This document shows positions 1-12,956 of a DNA stretch of 64,000 bases, one piece after another. A program made the translations under genes and the position numbers. The notes under the pieces are model-generated. The model was not told where the DNA came from and made no database searches. It worked only from the letters and a program-made list of their open reading frames with translations. Source of the DNA: Eledone cirrhosa (Eukaryota); NCBI GenBank assembly GCA_964016885.1, contig OZ024740.1, forward strand, positions 199,826,001-199,890,000, given 5' to 3'. The first letter of the stretch is position 1. Each line of letters starts with the position of its first letter.

Positions 1-2030
1 ATATATAGAAAGAGATGAGAGAGTAAATGTAAATATTGGTAGAAAGTATGTGTTCATAAAGTAATGATATTGGTAGTAAGTGGAAGGCGTGATAAGGTGG
101 TTGAGTAATCGTTGGTGTGTTAATCCAGTTAAAATGTAGATGCGATTTCAGGTGCGGACAACATCTAAAGATGTCGGTCTTAGAGTTGAGACAAGTGGGA
201 GGGGTTTTCAAGTTTTGGAGAATTCTTAATTTTTCCGTAGTACACAAAGAACATTTCTTTGTGCTCTTTTGGTATTCTCTTGAATGTTCTAAAATAGTCC
301 AATCAATTGTGTACGGATGTTTTTTGTCTTTAAACTCCCACACTTTATCTGCCAGCGCCGTTGCTGTTCTTTTTTCGGGGTGTTTGAAAGAAGCGACAGG
401 TACATAGTACCTGGTTTTCAATTTTGTTTGAGTCATGCCAACATATCGTTCACTCCTGGTTGGCTGGTTATTAATCATCAGTGTCAATTTGGCCTCATAC
501 ACAATAGATTTGGTATTACATTTACCCTGTAATGGGCATTCTTCCGGCTTCCTACAACTGCATCCTGGATTTACTCTAGTATCATTAGAGTTTGTAATTT
601 TAGTTTTCATTGATGGGCAGCAAGAGTAGCTGATTTTAACTACATTTCTATTAAATATCTTATTATATCTATGATTAGGGGGAAAATGTTTGTCTAGGAG
701 GTCGAGGAATTTTCTTCCAGTTAGAGAGAAGGGGATGTAAACCATAACAATTTTTCTTTTCCTGTTATTGTGTTTAGTGTTAGAAAGAGGAGTATGTAAA
801 TATCTAATTTGTTCGGTGAAGCCGCTGTTATTGTGGACCTTATTATAATAAGGGCGGCTTTGTTAAAAATGTCTATAGACAAAGATAAGGTAGAGATCCT
901 ACGGCTAATATTAGGAATAATATTTTTAAAGACTATAGAGGGATGGCAAGACTCTTTGTGTCTATATCTTAAAATTTCATTAAGTTTATAAGGTTTAAAA
1001 GAGGCGGTAAGTAGGTCAAGATTGATATCAAGAAAGTTATTATTAGTAAGATTCGTATCTATAGTAATTTTAGGGTTTAGGTTAGCAAAGGTATTGATTA
1101 AGTCTTTACAGAATTTATCAAATTTATGGCTGTTGTTGGTATGAGAAACTGCCAAACCGCCCTCTCGGTATAAACCGATATTATTGCAAAGAAATTTCTC
1201 TTTAAGGGTGTGGAGGAGGAATAATCCTACTAAGTCGCACACATGGGCACTATCATATGAGACCATCGCAATATCAAAAGAGTTTTCAGGGCTTCATTTT
1301 TTAACCCAAGTACCTTCATTAGCAAAGATTAGTGTTTTCCTAGCATGAAAGATAACGTCTTCTAATTTAGAAATATTAATGAAAAGTCTAACAAAATGTA
1401 ACGATTCAGTGGTAGAGAGGTAAAAATCAACAATATCAAATTGGGTAAATCTACACTTATTTTTTCCTCGTATATTATTAAACCAAGATATAACAGAGGA
1501 TGAATTTAACCACTGAGATAAGTCAGTCATATTTTTCTTAACATTTTTTTTACTCGCAAGACCAATTTCAGATTTAGCAGAGTTGATTAGTCTACAACTA
1601 GGTCGATTAATAAAGTCTAATTTATCGTGGTCTTTAACAACTTTACGTTTAGCTAGGTTTTCATTCCGGTTATCAATGTTTAAAGTACTAGTTAGGGCTT
1701 TAGCTTCATTATTAATGGTATTGTAAGTATTAATGTTAGCTATTTGGTATTTAGCCGTAATGCTATCTGTTAACAGTTCGTTATACGAGTCATTATTTAC
1801 TTCAAAAAGATTTTTGGTTTTGTCAGAAAAAACTAAAGTATTTGTAGAGTGTTTAAAATTAGAGATGACGTTAAAGAGTTTGGATTGAAAAGTATTGTTG
1901 TACTTACGGTATTTTAACTCACTAGTTAAGTTAGCTTGTCTATTTCGAAGTTGGCCATGTCCTTAACTCTAGGTGGGCATTTGCGAGATTTAACGTCAAA
2001 GTAGTCATTAGAATCAGCACATAATAGACG
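1..2030 (-). mobile_element. Penelope-like element (Naiad-type), RT + GIY-YIG endonuclease, frameshifted
   Basis: RT motifs FDIVDFY, MxSYDSAHVCDLVGL, GLYREGGL (DD lost), FLDINLDL and SCHP. Hand translation of 660->1 gives KIFNRNVVKISYSCCPS, CSCRKPEECPLQGKC, SIVYEA...YVGMT, CSLCTTEK and CPH; this frame stays open to the window edge. Confidence 0.92.
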
Positions 2031-2261
2031 CAAATTCGCTTCTGTGAGAAACTATACGTCTACATACTATTAAGTATATGCGTGTAGTTGAGTTCGTGAA
2101 TCTTTATGTTCTGGATATTTATTTTTTAATATATATATTTTTAATATTTATTTTTTTTCCCTATTTCCTTTTCACCCGTTTTTTTCAGCCTCACTTTCAT
2201 ATTTCCTAAATTTCGTTTTCAAATCCATATTTAATAAAAAAAAAAATAACAATGTTATTTA

Positions 2262-2322
2262 TTCATTCTGACGACTGAAGACACACACAATATCTGCCTT
2301 CAAGAAACCAGTGGTAAATGAA
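2262..2322 (+). ncRNA. Type I hammerhead ribozyme motif (inverted pLTR of the PLE at 1-2030)
   Basis: TTCATT-CTGACGA-(c)TGAAG..CTTCA(a)-GAAA-CCAGTGG-TA-AATGAA. Stem I is 6 bp, stem II 5 bp, stem III quasi-palindromic, cleavage triplet GUA. Confidence 0.8.
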
Positions 2323-2514
2323 ATAATTATCTTATGTTGTTTATTACATAACTAATAAGCTATGTAGCCTAACTAGAGCACTCTTTTTTCCTGTACCTTT
2401 CCAACAGAAATATTTCATTCACATATATATATATATATACACAAACATATATATATACACAAACATATATATACACACACACACACAAACACATATATAT
2501 ATATACACACACAT

Positions 2515-2601
<87 letters not shown>

Positions 2602-2611
2602 AACGAGTAGG

Positions 2612-2700
2612 ACCCGACGGCTGAGCTCAAGCCGTTTCGACGTCTGGACTAAATGAACATTTTTATCCTGGTATATGAATAGCCGAGCTTCTCAGGGGGT
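2612..2700 (-). ncRNA. Hammerhead-like motif, damaged copy (stem II 3' strand partly deleted)
   Basis: Reverse complement of 5198-5293, lacking ATTAGC in stem II. Confidence 0.55.
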
Positions 2701-3835
2701 AATTCCATATATGGAAAAAGTGACTGTCACAAGGATTGGTCAAAAGTTTGTTGTTGCGAAACATAATTCTATCATAGCAAGTTGTGGAAGGAAGGGGTAG
2801 CTGAACCTGCCAGTAGAAGAAATAGGGAGATGGGGTGGAGGAAACCCAGTCGTACGTTTATAGTGCTAACTACAGCAGGGCAGGAGGTCAAGGAATTATA
2901 CTAGGCAGGGGGGGGGGGAAACAATAAGTAAAACAATATGGGGTAAATATATAGAAAAATACCGAGAATGTTAAAAAAACAATTAAATATAAAAAAACAA
3001 TTTCTGGTTACTATTTCCTAAGGACAGCCATTAAGTCTCTCACTGGTACTGCTAGACTACAGACAAATTTATTAGGTGGGACGGAATTATAATGAGACCC
3101 TTTTAAGAGGTAGTAGTAATCAACCGAGTATATCTTACGGTGACGGGTCAACAAGTGGGGGGCCAAAATACTAAAGAAACTACCACGAAATCATAATTCA
3201 GAGTCCCGAGACTAATACGAAATAATTGTTTCTACCCTAGGCACAAAGCCACCAACCACCCAGTGCAAAAAAATAAACTAATACGAAATAATAATTCAGA
3301 ATCCAGAAAAAGAATACTAATACTATCTCTAAGGGTGCCCCTACGATACAAAAATTCTAGTGCAAACTACATAAATGCTCGTACGAAGTATATGAAAAAT
3401 TTGATATGGAAAATTAATTCAGAATCCCCACCCCCACCCCCACCCCAACCCACAAAAAAAAAAATACTGATATACGAGAAATTAAAGCAGAGATACCACT
3501 AAGAAATGTAGAAAGCACGGTAAAGGGGCAGCCATCGGATAAGAAAGCAAGTATCCGTGGTCTATCACATCTGCTATAAAAAGCGGAGTCGGCCAATTCT
3601 ATCATAGAATAGGGGAAGGGGGTGGGGGTACTGAGACTACAAAGGACTGAGGGGCTACCTCGGGTGGGCGAGAAAATGAAAAGGACGACGACAAAGAAAG
3701 AGGACTGGGTGGAAGGACTAGGAAGGGATGGGGCGAAGAAGGAAATATAGAGGAAGCGATAAAAGATATAAAAGAAGATCTTAGGTCTACCTTTGCAAGC
3801 AGGGGTTACCCATTACAAATTCGGCAAGTGGGGTG

Positions 3836-4231
3836 TTACAGCCCTTGTCCACCCACCGGGTCATTATGGTATTTGAGGGCGAGGTAAATTCTACGCAATC
3901 TGTGTTTGCATGCAGTTACCAGTTCGTCTTTCTTGTTTAGGAGTTGGTCCGTCGAAAACAGCATTTGTAAAGTTTCCTCCGAGCATAAATTGCACTGACG
4001 GCGTCCTCCCGTGTAAGAGTTGGCTCTGGACAGTAAGCTCCAAGTGAGATCATTGGAAATATTGTTATCCTTGAGGTCCCAGATGTGGCCCGAAACTGTG
4101 GTGGCGTGACGCCGGGTCGGGTTTCGGAAGGTATGTCTGTGTTGGTATAGCCGGGTCTTGAAGTCACGTGCGGTTAATCCTATATAAGCTTTGTCGGAGG
4201 TGTCCGTCCTCACGTTGCACTGATAGATCAC
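3836..4231 (-). CDS. PLE GIY-YIG endonuclease domain (fragment)
   Basis: IYQC...YIGLT..FKTRLYQH, IWDLK, CNLCSEE, LLNKKDELVTACKH. Confidence 0.88.
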   Translation of the reverse strand: MIYQCNVRTDTSDKAYIGLTARDFKTRLYQHRHTFRNPTRRHATTVSGHIWDLKDNNISNDLTWSLLSRANSYTGGRRQCNLCSEETLQMLFSTDQLLNKKDELVTACKHRLRRIYLALKYHNDPVGGQGL

Positions 4232-5197
4232 ATTACGATCTCTGCCCCTCGGTCCTCTGTAGCCTCAGTACGCCCACCCTCTTCCCATATTATATGATAG
4301 AATTGGCCGACTCCGCTTTTTATAGCAGATGTGATAGACCCCGGATACTTGCTTTCATATCCGATGGCTGCCCCTTTTCCGTGCATTCTACATTTCTTGG
4401 TGGTATCTTTGCTTTAATTTCTCGTATATCAGTATTTATTTTTTGGGGGGTGGGGGGATTCTGAATTAATTTTCCGTATCAAATTTTTCATATACTTCGC
4501 ACGAGCATTTATGTAGTTTGCACTAGAAATTTTGTATCGTAGCGACACCCTTAGAGATAGTATTAGTATTCTTTTTCGGGATTCTGAATTATTATTTCGT
4601 ATTAGTTTATTTTTTTGCATTGGGTGGTTGCTGGCCTTGTGCCTTGGGTAGAAACAATTATTTCGTATTAGTCTCGGGACTCTGAATAATGATTTCGTGA
4701 TAGTTTCTGTAGTATTTTGTCCCCCTCCCCCCACACACTTGTTGACCCGTCACCGTAAGATATACTCGGTTGATTACTACTACCTCTTAAAAGGGTCTCA
4801 TTATAATTCCGTCCCACCTAGTAAATTTTTCTATAGTCTAGCAGTACGAGTGAGAGACTTGATGGCTGTCCTTAGGGAATAGTAACCAGAAATTGTTTTT
4901 TTATATTTAATTGTTTTTTTAACATTCAACGGTATTTTTCTATATATTTACCCCATATTGTTTTGCTTATTGTTTCGACATCCTCCCCCCTCTCTAGTAT
5001 AATTCCTTGACCTCCTGCCCTGCTGAAGTTGGCACTATCAACGTACGACTGGGTTTCCTCCACCCCCTCTCCCTCTTTCTTCTACTGGCAGGTTCAGCTA
5101 CCCCTTCCTTCCAGAAATTGGTATGATAGAATTATGTGTCGCAACAACAAACTTTTGACCAATCCTTGTGACAATCACTTTTACCATATATGGAATT

Positions 5198-5293
5198 ACC
5201 CCCTGAGAAGCTCGGCTATTCATATACCAGGATAAAAATGTTCATTTAGTCCAGAATTAGCCGTCGAAACGGCTTGAGCTCAGCCGTCGGGGT
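5198..5293 (+). ncRNA. Atypical type I hammerhead motif (core CUGAGAA, long loop II, 6-bp stem III)
   Basis: ACCCC-CTGAGAA-G..CGGCTA...TAGCCG.C-GAAA-CGGCT-tgagctc-AGCCG-TC-GGGGT; cleavage triplet GUC. Confidence 0.68.
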
Positions 5294-5385
5294 CCTACTC
5301 GTTCCTATTACCTACTCTACTACACTAAGTATTGAGTACTTTGGTGCGTTATGGTCCACCTGGTTCCTTACCACATTCCCTTCGT

Positions 5386-5449
<64 letters not shown>

Positions 5450-6109
5450 GTCTCTTAGATTATGCGCCACGTGCTGTGAACCAGAGTGAAGCAATAAACG
5501 AATATGAAATAAATAAACTTTTTTTTTTTAGCTTGGTTTACTTCGCAAAATATTCCAAACATTTATTTAGTTAACATGTTCGGCATATTGTGATGGACCT
5601 CTATCGTTTCAGACAGCGAATATTCAAAGTGATTTAATCATGGGGACATGCTGCTGGTGAGATTAACATACACATTACCAGGCATTCCATAGGCATCTTT
5701 ACCGTTACATTAGAACTCAGAAATATTCAACGTGGCACAGAAAGAGGCAATGTTGGATTTTTGAATTACAGATACAATTCATTCTCGGAAGAAGAGTAGA
5801 CTTGAACAACGTGAAATAAATCGCCTGGCTGAGGGAAATTGATCTCATGAGTTTAGATTCGTGATCTGAAAACCCTAATCACTAACCCACGTCCCTTTTC
5901 TAACCTCAATAAAAAAGATAGAATCTACAGATTACACCTATGTACATATAGCAGAACATATGATTTAAATAAAGGGCTACCCAGTCTCACCAGGAAAATC
6001 TAACTAAAATCAAGCTTCTTGAGAATAGCACAGTGATCGGTCGAATAATCGAACATATGGCCTTATGATCATAATTCCAACACCCTAACCATTTAGGCTT
6101 ACACATAAT

Positions 6110-8873
6110 ACATATAATTAAATGTTTAGTTATTGTGAAGACAATCAGTGCATGCTGATAGAAATAATCAAGCAAAAAGTGTCGGCCAAAGCTGCTCGTA
6201 TAAGGCGCTTTGAAAAACGATCTAGATTCTATAAGGACAATAATATGTTCAAAAACAACCAAAGAAACTTCTACAGAAACATTGGTAGGTCAACAATAAC
6301 TGCTAAATCGATACCACCCAAGGAGGAAGTGCAAGAATTCTGGGAAAAGATCTGGGCCGAAGAAAAAGTTCATAACATACATGCCCCATGGATAGACAGA
6401 CAAATGAAAGATACAGCTCACCTTGAGGAACAAATATGGGAAAATATAACAGTTGAACAGTTGCGCTTGGCTCTAAGAAAAACCAGCAAATGGAAATCGC
6501 CAGGAAAAGACAAAATACAAAATGTTTGGATAAATGCCTTCACAGAGTCTCATGAGCTGTTAGCCCAACTTTACAATGAAATAGTTAAGGAGCCAGAAAA
6601 ATACCATCATGGCTAGTTAACGGCATTACATTCCTGCTTCCGAAGAATGATGAGACAAACAATCCCAAAAATTACAGACCGATAACTTGCTTGACCGCAA
6701 TGTATAAAATGTTAACATCAGTCCTAACTGAATACACATATGACCACCTGATAACAAATGACCTATTTCCCATTGAGCAGAAAGGGTGTAAACGAGGCTC
6801 ATATGGCTGTAAGGATCAGCTTTGCTTAACAAAATGATACTGGAAGATTGTCATAAGAGACACAAACATCTATCAATTGCTTGGAAAGATTATAAAAAAG
6901 CATTCGATAGTTTGCCACACTGTTGGATTGAAAAATGTTTAGAGATTTTCAAAATATCCCCCGTTGTCAGGAGGTTTTTGTCATTCAGTATGAAGACATG
7001 GAAAACGACACTCCTTTTGAACAGTGAAACAAAATCACTGGAAGCTGGAGAAGTTAATATTAATTGTGGAATTTTTCAGGGTGACTCTTTATCACCGCTT
7101 TTATTCTGCATCGCACTTATACCATTAAGTAAAATGCTCAATGAAACAAAACATGGATATAAAGTCTATGACAAAACCATTAATCACTTGTTCTACATGG
7201 ATGACCTGAAACTATTTTCAAAAAATGATGAACAATTGCAAGGGAAAACTGTGGAGCAGTTCAGTGATGACATTAAAATGGAGTTTGGACTAGATAAATG
7301 CGCCAAAGCAACGTTCACCAGAGGAAAGCTGCTGAAGAGTTCAGACATTAATCTTGATCGGGGGAACGTGATAAGAGAACTTGATCAAGAAAAAACTTAC
7401 AAATATCTAGGTGTTTGTGAAGGAGTGGGAATCAAGCACTCGACAATGAGGGAAAGGATAAGGAAGAAATGTTACCGCAGAGTAGGAGCAATCTTAAGAA
7501 CGGAATTGAATGCAAGGAATAGGAGCGATGCCATAAACACGCTTGCCATACCAGTAGTAACCTACAGTTACAATGTCATCAACTGGTCAAGCACAGAGAT
7601 CCGTAGGCTCGATACAAAAATTCGAAAATTCTTAACCATGCACAGAATGCATCACCTAAGGCAGATATAGATAGAATATATCTCCCTAGGAAAGGAGGAC
7701 GTGGGTTAATCCAGTTAGACATTGCGTTGAAAACTGCGACAATTGGATTATCTACATATCTAAGGGAATCACATGATTGGATGATCAAACTCGTTTTGAA
7801 ACACGAAAGCATCAAAAGATCATATTCCATTACAAAAGATGCACAATGATACAGTAATGGACTACAAATTTCAGAAGTCGCATTTACTGCTGAAATGGAA
7901 AACACAGAAAAAGCAAAGCAGGTAAAAGTAACTGCAAAGAAAGAACTGCTACAGAAACTGGCTAAGAAATAACAAGAAAAGCCTCTGTATGGAAAATACC
8001 CAGAGCGAGCTAACAATCCTGATGTTGACAAAACTTTAACCCATCAGTGGTTGGCATACTCTGGACTGAAATCGGAGACTGAAGGACTGATTATATCAGC
8101 ACAAGATCAGTGTCTGCCAACAAAAAATTACCAAGCCAACATGATAAAAAATGGATGCAGCCCATTATGCCGTGTATGCAAAAAACAACCAGAGACCATT
8201 GACCATATCATTTCAATGTGCAGTCCTATAGCTCCAACCGAATACCTAAACAGGCATGACAGAGCTGCACAATACATACATTGGATAATGTGTAAGCATT
8301 TTGACCTGCCCCATCAAAAGAATTGGTAGGAGCATCAACCACCTCCCATACTTGAAAAAGATAACATCTCAATCTTGTGGAACTTTAGCATCCAAACAGA
8401 CCGAAAAATAGATGCAAATAGACCTGATATAATATTGAAGGACTTTAAAAAGAGGGTATGCCTGCTAATTGATATGTCCATTCCAATAGACAAGAATGTA
8501 TCTATAAAAACATTTGAAAAATTGAGCAAGTATAAGGACCTGGAGATAGAAATTGGAAAAATGTGGAAATTGAGAACTAAAACAATACAGTGGTGGTATG
8601 CGCTCTGGGAATGATACCTAAGGAGTCTAATGATTACTTATCGCAAATCCCAGGAAACCCGCGTATAGGAGAAATACAAAAGATAGTACTAATGGGAAGA
8701 TCCTGTCAATATAAGTACATCACAAGTCTAAACACTAAAGATGCATGTGTGAGTATGTATGTTCTTTCTTGAACATGGCGGACCTTGTTGTCTCTTGAGG
8801 TCACTGGTTGTGACTTGGTGATAACTCGTATGAACATAAAGCAAGATAAATGCAACTATAATAATAATAATAA
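6110..8873 (+). mobile_element. R4/Dong-clade non-LTR retrotransposon (RT, CCHC knuckle, RLE), 5'-truncated and frameshifted
   Basis: WKSPGKD, YRPITCL, DYKKAFDS, GIFQGDSLSP, YMDDLKL, YKYLG, CRVC..ETIDHIISMC, RHD and RPDII..LIDMSIP..KLSKY; ends in a (TAA)n tail at about 8859-8873. Confidence 0.93.
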
Positions 8874-8877
8874 TACA

Positions 8878-9680
8878 ACATGTTCCACAGGAGGAGTGAT
8901 GTCGATAGACTCTACTTAAGGAGATCTGAGGGTGGAAGAGGTCTTATCTTATCAGCATAGAGGACTGTGTTCAGATGGAGAAAAACAACCTACACAAATA
9001 CGTGACAGATAGTAAGGAGCCAATGCTCAGAACTGTACTGAAGGAGGGGACAATAGGCCAGGGGATGTCCAAGGAGGAAATAACATCAAGGAGAAAGAGT
9101 AGCCTTCAGGAAAAATCCCTTCATAGTACCTTCTTTGAGAAAACTGAATTTAGAGATCCACAGACATGGAACTGGTTGAAAAGAGGAGACCTTAAAAAGG
9201 CTACAGAAGGAATGTTAATGGCTGCGCAGGAGCAGGCCCTTAAAACTAAGTGGTTGAAACACCATATTTACAAGGAGGAGGCTAGCCCACTGTGCAGGAT
9301 CTGTGGAGAGAGAGAGAGGAGACTGTGGCTCTCATTGTATCCGAGTGTAAACACCTAGCCCAGACTCACTATAAGCTCTGGAGACATGATGTGATGGGCA
9401 GGGTGATCCACTGGCACCTATGCAAAGTAAACAATTTACCACATTCTGAGAAGTGGTATGAGCATACGCCAGAGTCGGTGATAGAAAACGATCAGGTGAA
9501 GGTGCTGTGGGATTTTAGGATACAGACGGACAAGAAACTGGAACACAATAGACCTGACCTGGTGGTTGTGGACAAAGAAAGAAAGATCGTGCCTGATTGT
9601 GGATGTGGCCTGCCCATTCGACACGAGAGTGCAAGAGAAGGAGAGGGAGAAAATTAACCGATACAAGAACTTAAAGTGTT
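8878..9680 (+). mobile_element. R4/Dong LINE 3' fragment (second family, copy 1)
   Basis: AAQEQAL, CRIC, RHD, LWDFRIQTD and RPDLVV; starts just after the previous element's TAA tail. Confidence 0.88.
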
Positions 9681-9734
9681 GCTGAACAAAAGGAAATGGA
9701 TAGGAAGACTAAGAAGCTGTTGACTATTTCCTCA

Positions 9735-10807
9735 AGAGGAGTGATGTCGATAGACTCTACTTAAAGAGATCTGAAGGTGGAATAGGTCTTATCAGCAAAG
9801 AGGACTGTGTTCAGATGGAGAAAAACAACCTGCACAAATACGTGACTGACAGTAGGGAGCCAATGCTCAGAATTGTACTGAAGGAGAGGATAATAGACCA
9901 GGTGATCTTCAAGGAGGAAATACAAACAAGGAGGAAGAGCATCCTTCATGAAAAATCCCTTGTAAGTACCTTCTTTAAGAAAACTGAATTTAGAGATCCA
10001 CAGACATGGAACTGGTTAAAAAGAGGAGACCTTAAAAAGGCTATAGAGGGAATCCTAATGGCTGCGAAAGAGCAGGCCCTCAGAACGAAGTGGGTGAAAC
10101 ACCACATTGACAAGGAGGAGGCTAGCTCACTGTGTAGGATCTGTGGAGAGAGAGAGAGGAAACTGTGGCTTAACATTGTATCCGAGTGTAAACACCAACC
10201 CCAGACTCACTATAAAGGCTGGAGACATGATGTGATAGGCAGGGTGATCCACTGGCATCTATGCAAAGTAAACAATTTACCACATTCTGAGAAGTGGTAT
10301 GAGCATAAGCCAGAGTCGGTGATAGAAAACGATCAGGTGAAGGTGCTCTGGGATTGTAGGATACAGACGGACAAGAAATTAGAACACAATTGACCTGACC
10401 TGGTGGTTTTGAACAAGAAAAAAAGATCGTGCCTGATTGTAGATGTAGTCTGCCCATTTGACACGAGAGTGCTAGAAAAGGAGAGGGAGAAAATTAACCG
10501 ATACCAGGACTTAAAGTGGGAGGTGAAAAGTATTTGGAACTGCCATGAAGTCAAGGTCGTCTCGATTGTCATAGGCGCACTAGGTACTATCTCAAAGGGT
10601 TTCCAAGGATGGTTAAAGAAAATTAGTCCAGCCCCGCTGTTTGGAACACTTTAAAAGGCATACTTGCTGGGAACAGCAGGAACCCTCCGATACGTCCTGA
10701 ATATCTGAGGCTGCAGGTAGCGCTTGATATTCATTTCAATAACCTTTCCAGTTAAATAACATCAATGACTGAGACTAAAAGAATAATAATAATAATAATA
10801 ATAATAA
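9735..10807 (+). mobile_element. R4/Dong LINE 3' fragment (second family, copy 2) with 3' UTR and (TAA)n tail
   Basis: Direct repeat of 8888-9678, then VDVVCPFD..KINRYQDL..IVIGALG; (TAA)n at 10783-10806. Confidence 0.9.
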
Positions 10808-12562
10808 ACACCCCCGTCCATAGAAGAATTTCAAAACTTCTGGAGTAAGATTTGGAGTGATGAGAATACATATAATACTAATATAGATTGGATTAGTCTC
10901 CTGGAAAAATCCTACACAAATTTAGAAGAATAGGCTTGGGAAGACATCTCTATAGCGGACTTAAGGACAACAATCAATACATCTCATAAATGGAAATCTC
11001 CTGGTAGAGACAGGGTGCCAAATTTCTGTCTTTCCTCACTCCCGTACACTCACAATATATTGGTCAAGCTGTTTAATGGAATTATGAAAGATCCAGAAAA
11101 TACACCTGATTGGATAGCAAATGGCATTACCCACCTTCTACCAAAGAACAACGAAACCAAAGATCAAAAAACTATCGGCCCATAACATGCTTGTTCACCA
11201 CTTATAAACTATTAACCACTATTCTCATGGAAAAAGCATACGTTATTTTGGAGGAGAACAATCTTTTCCCTATTGAACAAAAAGGGTGCCGTCGAGGTTC
11301 ATATGATTGCAAAGATCAACTTTTGATTAATCGTATGATCCTTGAGAACTGTCATAATAAACACAGAAATCTCAGGTCTGCATGGATCGATTATAAAAAA
11401 GCCTTTGATAGCATGCCACACTCATGGATTCTGAAATCACTGGACATCTTCAAAATATCACCTGTGATCTCAAACTTCCTGAAGCACAATATATCATTAT
11501 GGAACACAAATCTCCAATTGTCTCATTCCACTGGGGTACTGTGCTCTGGAAATATAAACATCAACTGTGGTATATTTCAGGGTGACTCATTTTCAACCTT
11601 GCTTTTCTGCATAGCTGTAATACACCTTACATCCAAGCTTAATAGAACAGGGTACGGTTATATAATTTACAACAAAAAAATAAGCCAGCTATTTTATATG
11701 GATGATTTGAAGCTATATTGCAAATATAATTGTTTCTACTTTAGGCACAAGGCCAGCAATTACCCAGTGCATTACTGGTACTTTATTTTATCGACCCCGT
11801 AAGGATGAAAGGCAAAGTCAACCTCGGCGGGATTTGAACTCAGATCGTAAAGGGACATAACTATGCTGGAAAGCATGGCGTCCGACCCTCTACCGATACT
11901 GCCAAATGACGAACTGGAAGGCCTTTTGCAGACAGTAAAAACGTTTAGCAATGACATCAGGATGGAGTTTGGACTTAACAAGTGTGCAAAAGCCACTTTC
12001 AAGAAGCCACTCAGACTCAGTTGAATTGGATGCTGAAACGATCATAAAATAACTTGAGCAGGAACAAACCTATAAATACTTAGGGATTAATGAGGGCTCT
12101 GGCATACAGCATGCAAGTATGAAAGAGAGGATAAGGAAAGAATGTTACTAGAGAGTACGTGCAGTTCTGAGATCAGAACTAAACGCTCGTAACAAGGTGC
12201 TAGCCATAAATTCCTTGGCAGTCCCAGTTGTCACTTATAGCTTCGGTGTGTTGCACTGAAATATGAGTGAAATCAAAAGAATCGACACCAAAGTCCGTAA
12301 GCTATTGACCTGTAATAGGATGCACCACGGAAGAGCAGATGTGGATCGTCTTCACCTCCCTAGAACTCATGGAGGACGGGTCCTATTACAAGTTGAATTT
12401 GCTCACAAGACCACCATCATTGGGTTGACCATATACCTTAAAACAACTAACGACTGTATGCTAAAACTTGTTGAAAAGCATGAGAGAAGTAAGAAGCCTC
12501 ATTCTATCTTGAAGGAGAGCAAAAAATATGCTACTGATATCACGGTTAAGAACAATGATTAA
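10808..12562 (+). mobile_element. R4/Dong LINE RT fragment (third family), interrupted by a SINE
   Basis: NYRPITCL, WIDYKKAFDS, GIFQGDS and YMDDLKL; the RT resumes after the SINE at about 11904. Confidence 0.9.
11727..11903 (-). mobile_element. tRNA-derived SINE
   Basis: On the minus strand: box-B-like GAGTTCAAATCCC, then GCCTTTCATCCTTACGGGGTCGATAAAATAAAGTACCAG and a GGCCTTGTGCC..AGAAACAATT tail. Multiple copies in this window. Confidence 0.85.
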
Positions 12563-12565
12563 CTG

Positions 12566-12870
<305 letters not shown>

Positions 12871-12882
12871 TTTCTCACATAA

Positions 12883-12916
<34 letters not shown>

Positions 12917-12920
12917 TTAT

Positions 12921-12956
<36 letters not shown>

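Larger units (their letters stand above)
2599..5385 (-). mobile_element. 5'-truncated PLE: GIY-YIG ORF between ~1.06-kb inverted pLTRs, bounded by (TA)n
   Basis: Arms 2599-3655 and 4244-5307 are reverse complements. The central ORF is a PLE endonuclease, and both arms carry an HHR motif. Confidence 0.88.

Noticed and set aside
1-660. Selenocysteine-recoding Naiad PLE
   Set aside because: The Cys positions I translated in the linker and endonuclease use TGC/TGT. There is no in-frame TGA, and I did not recognise a SECIS.
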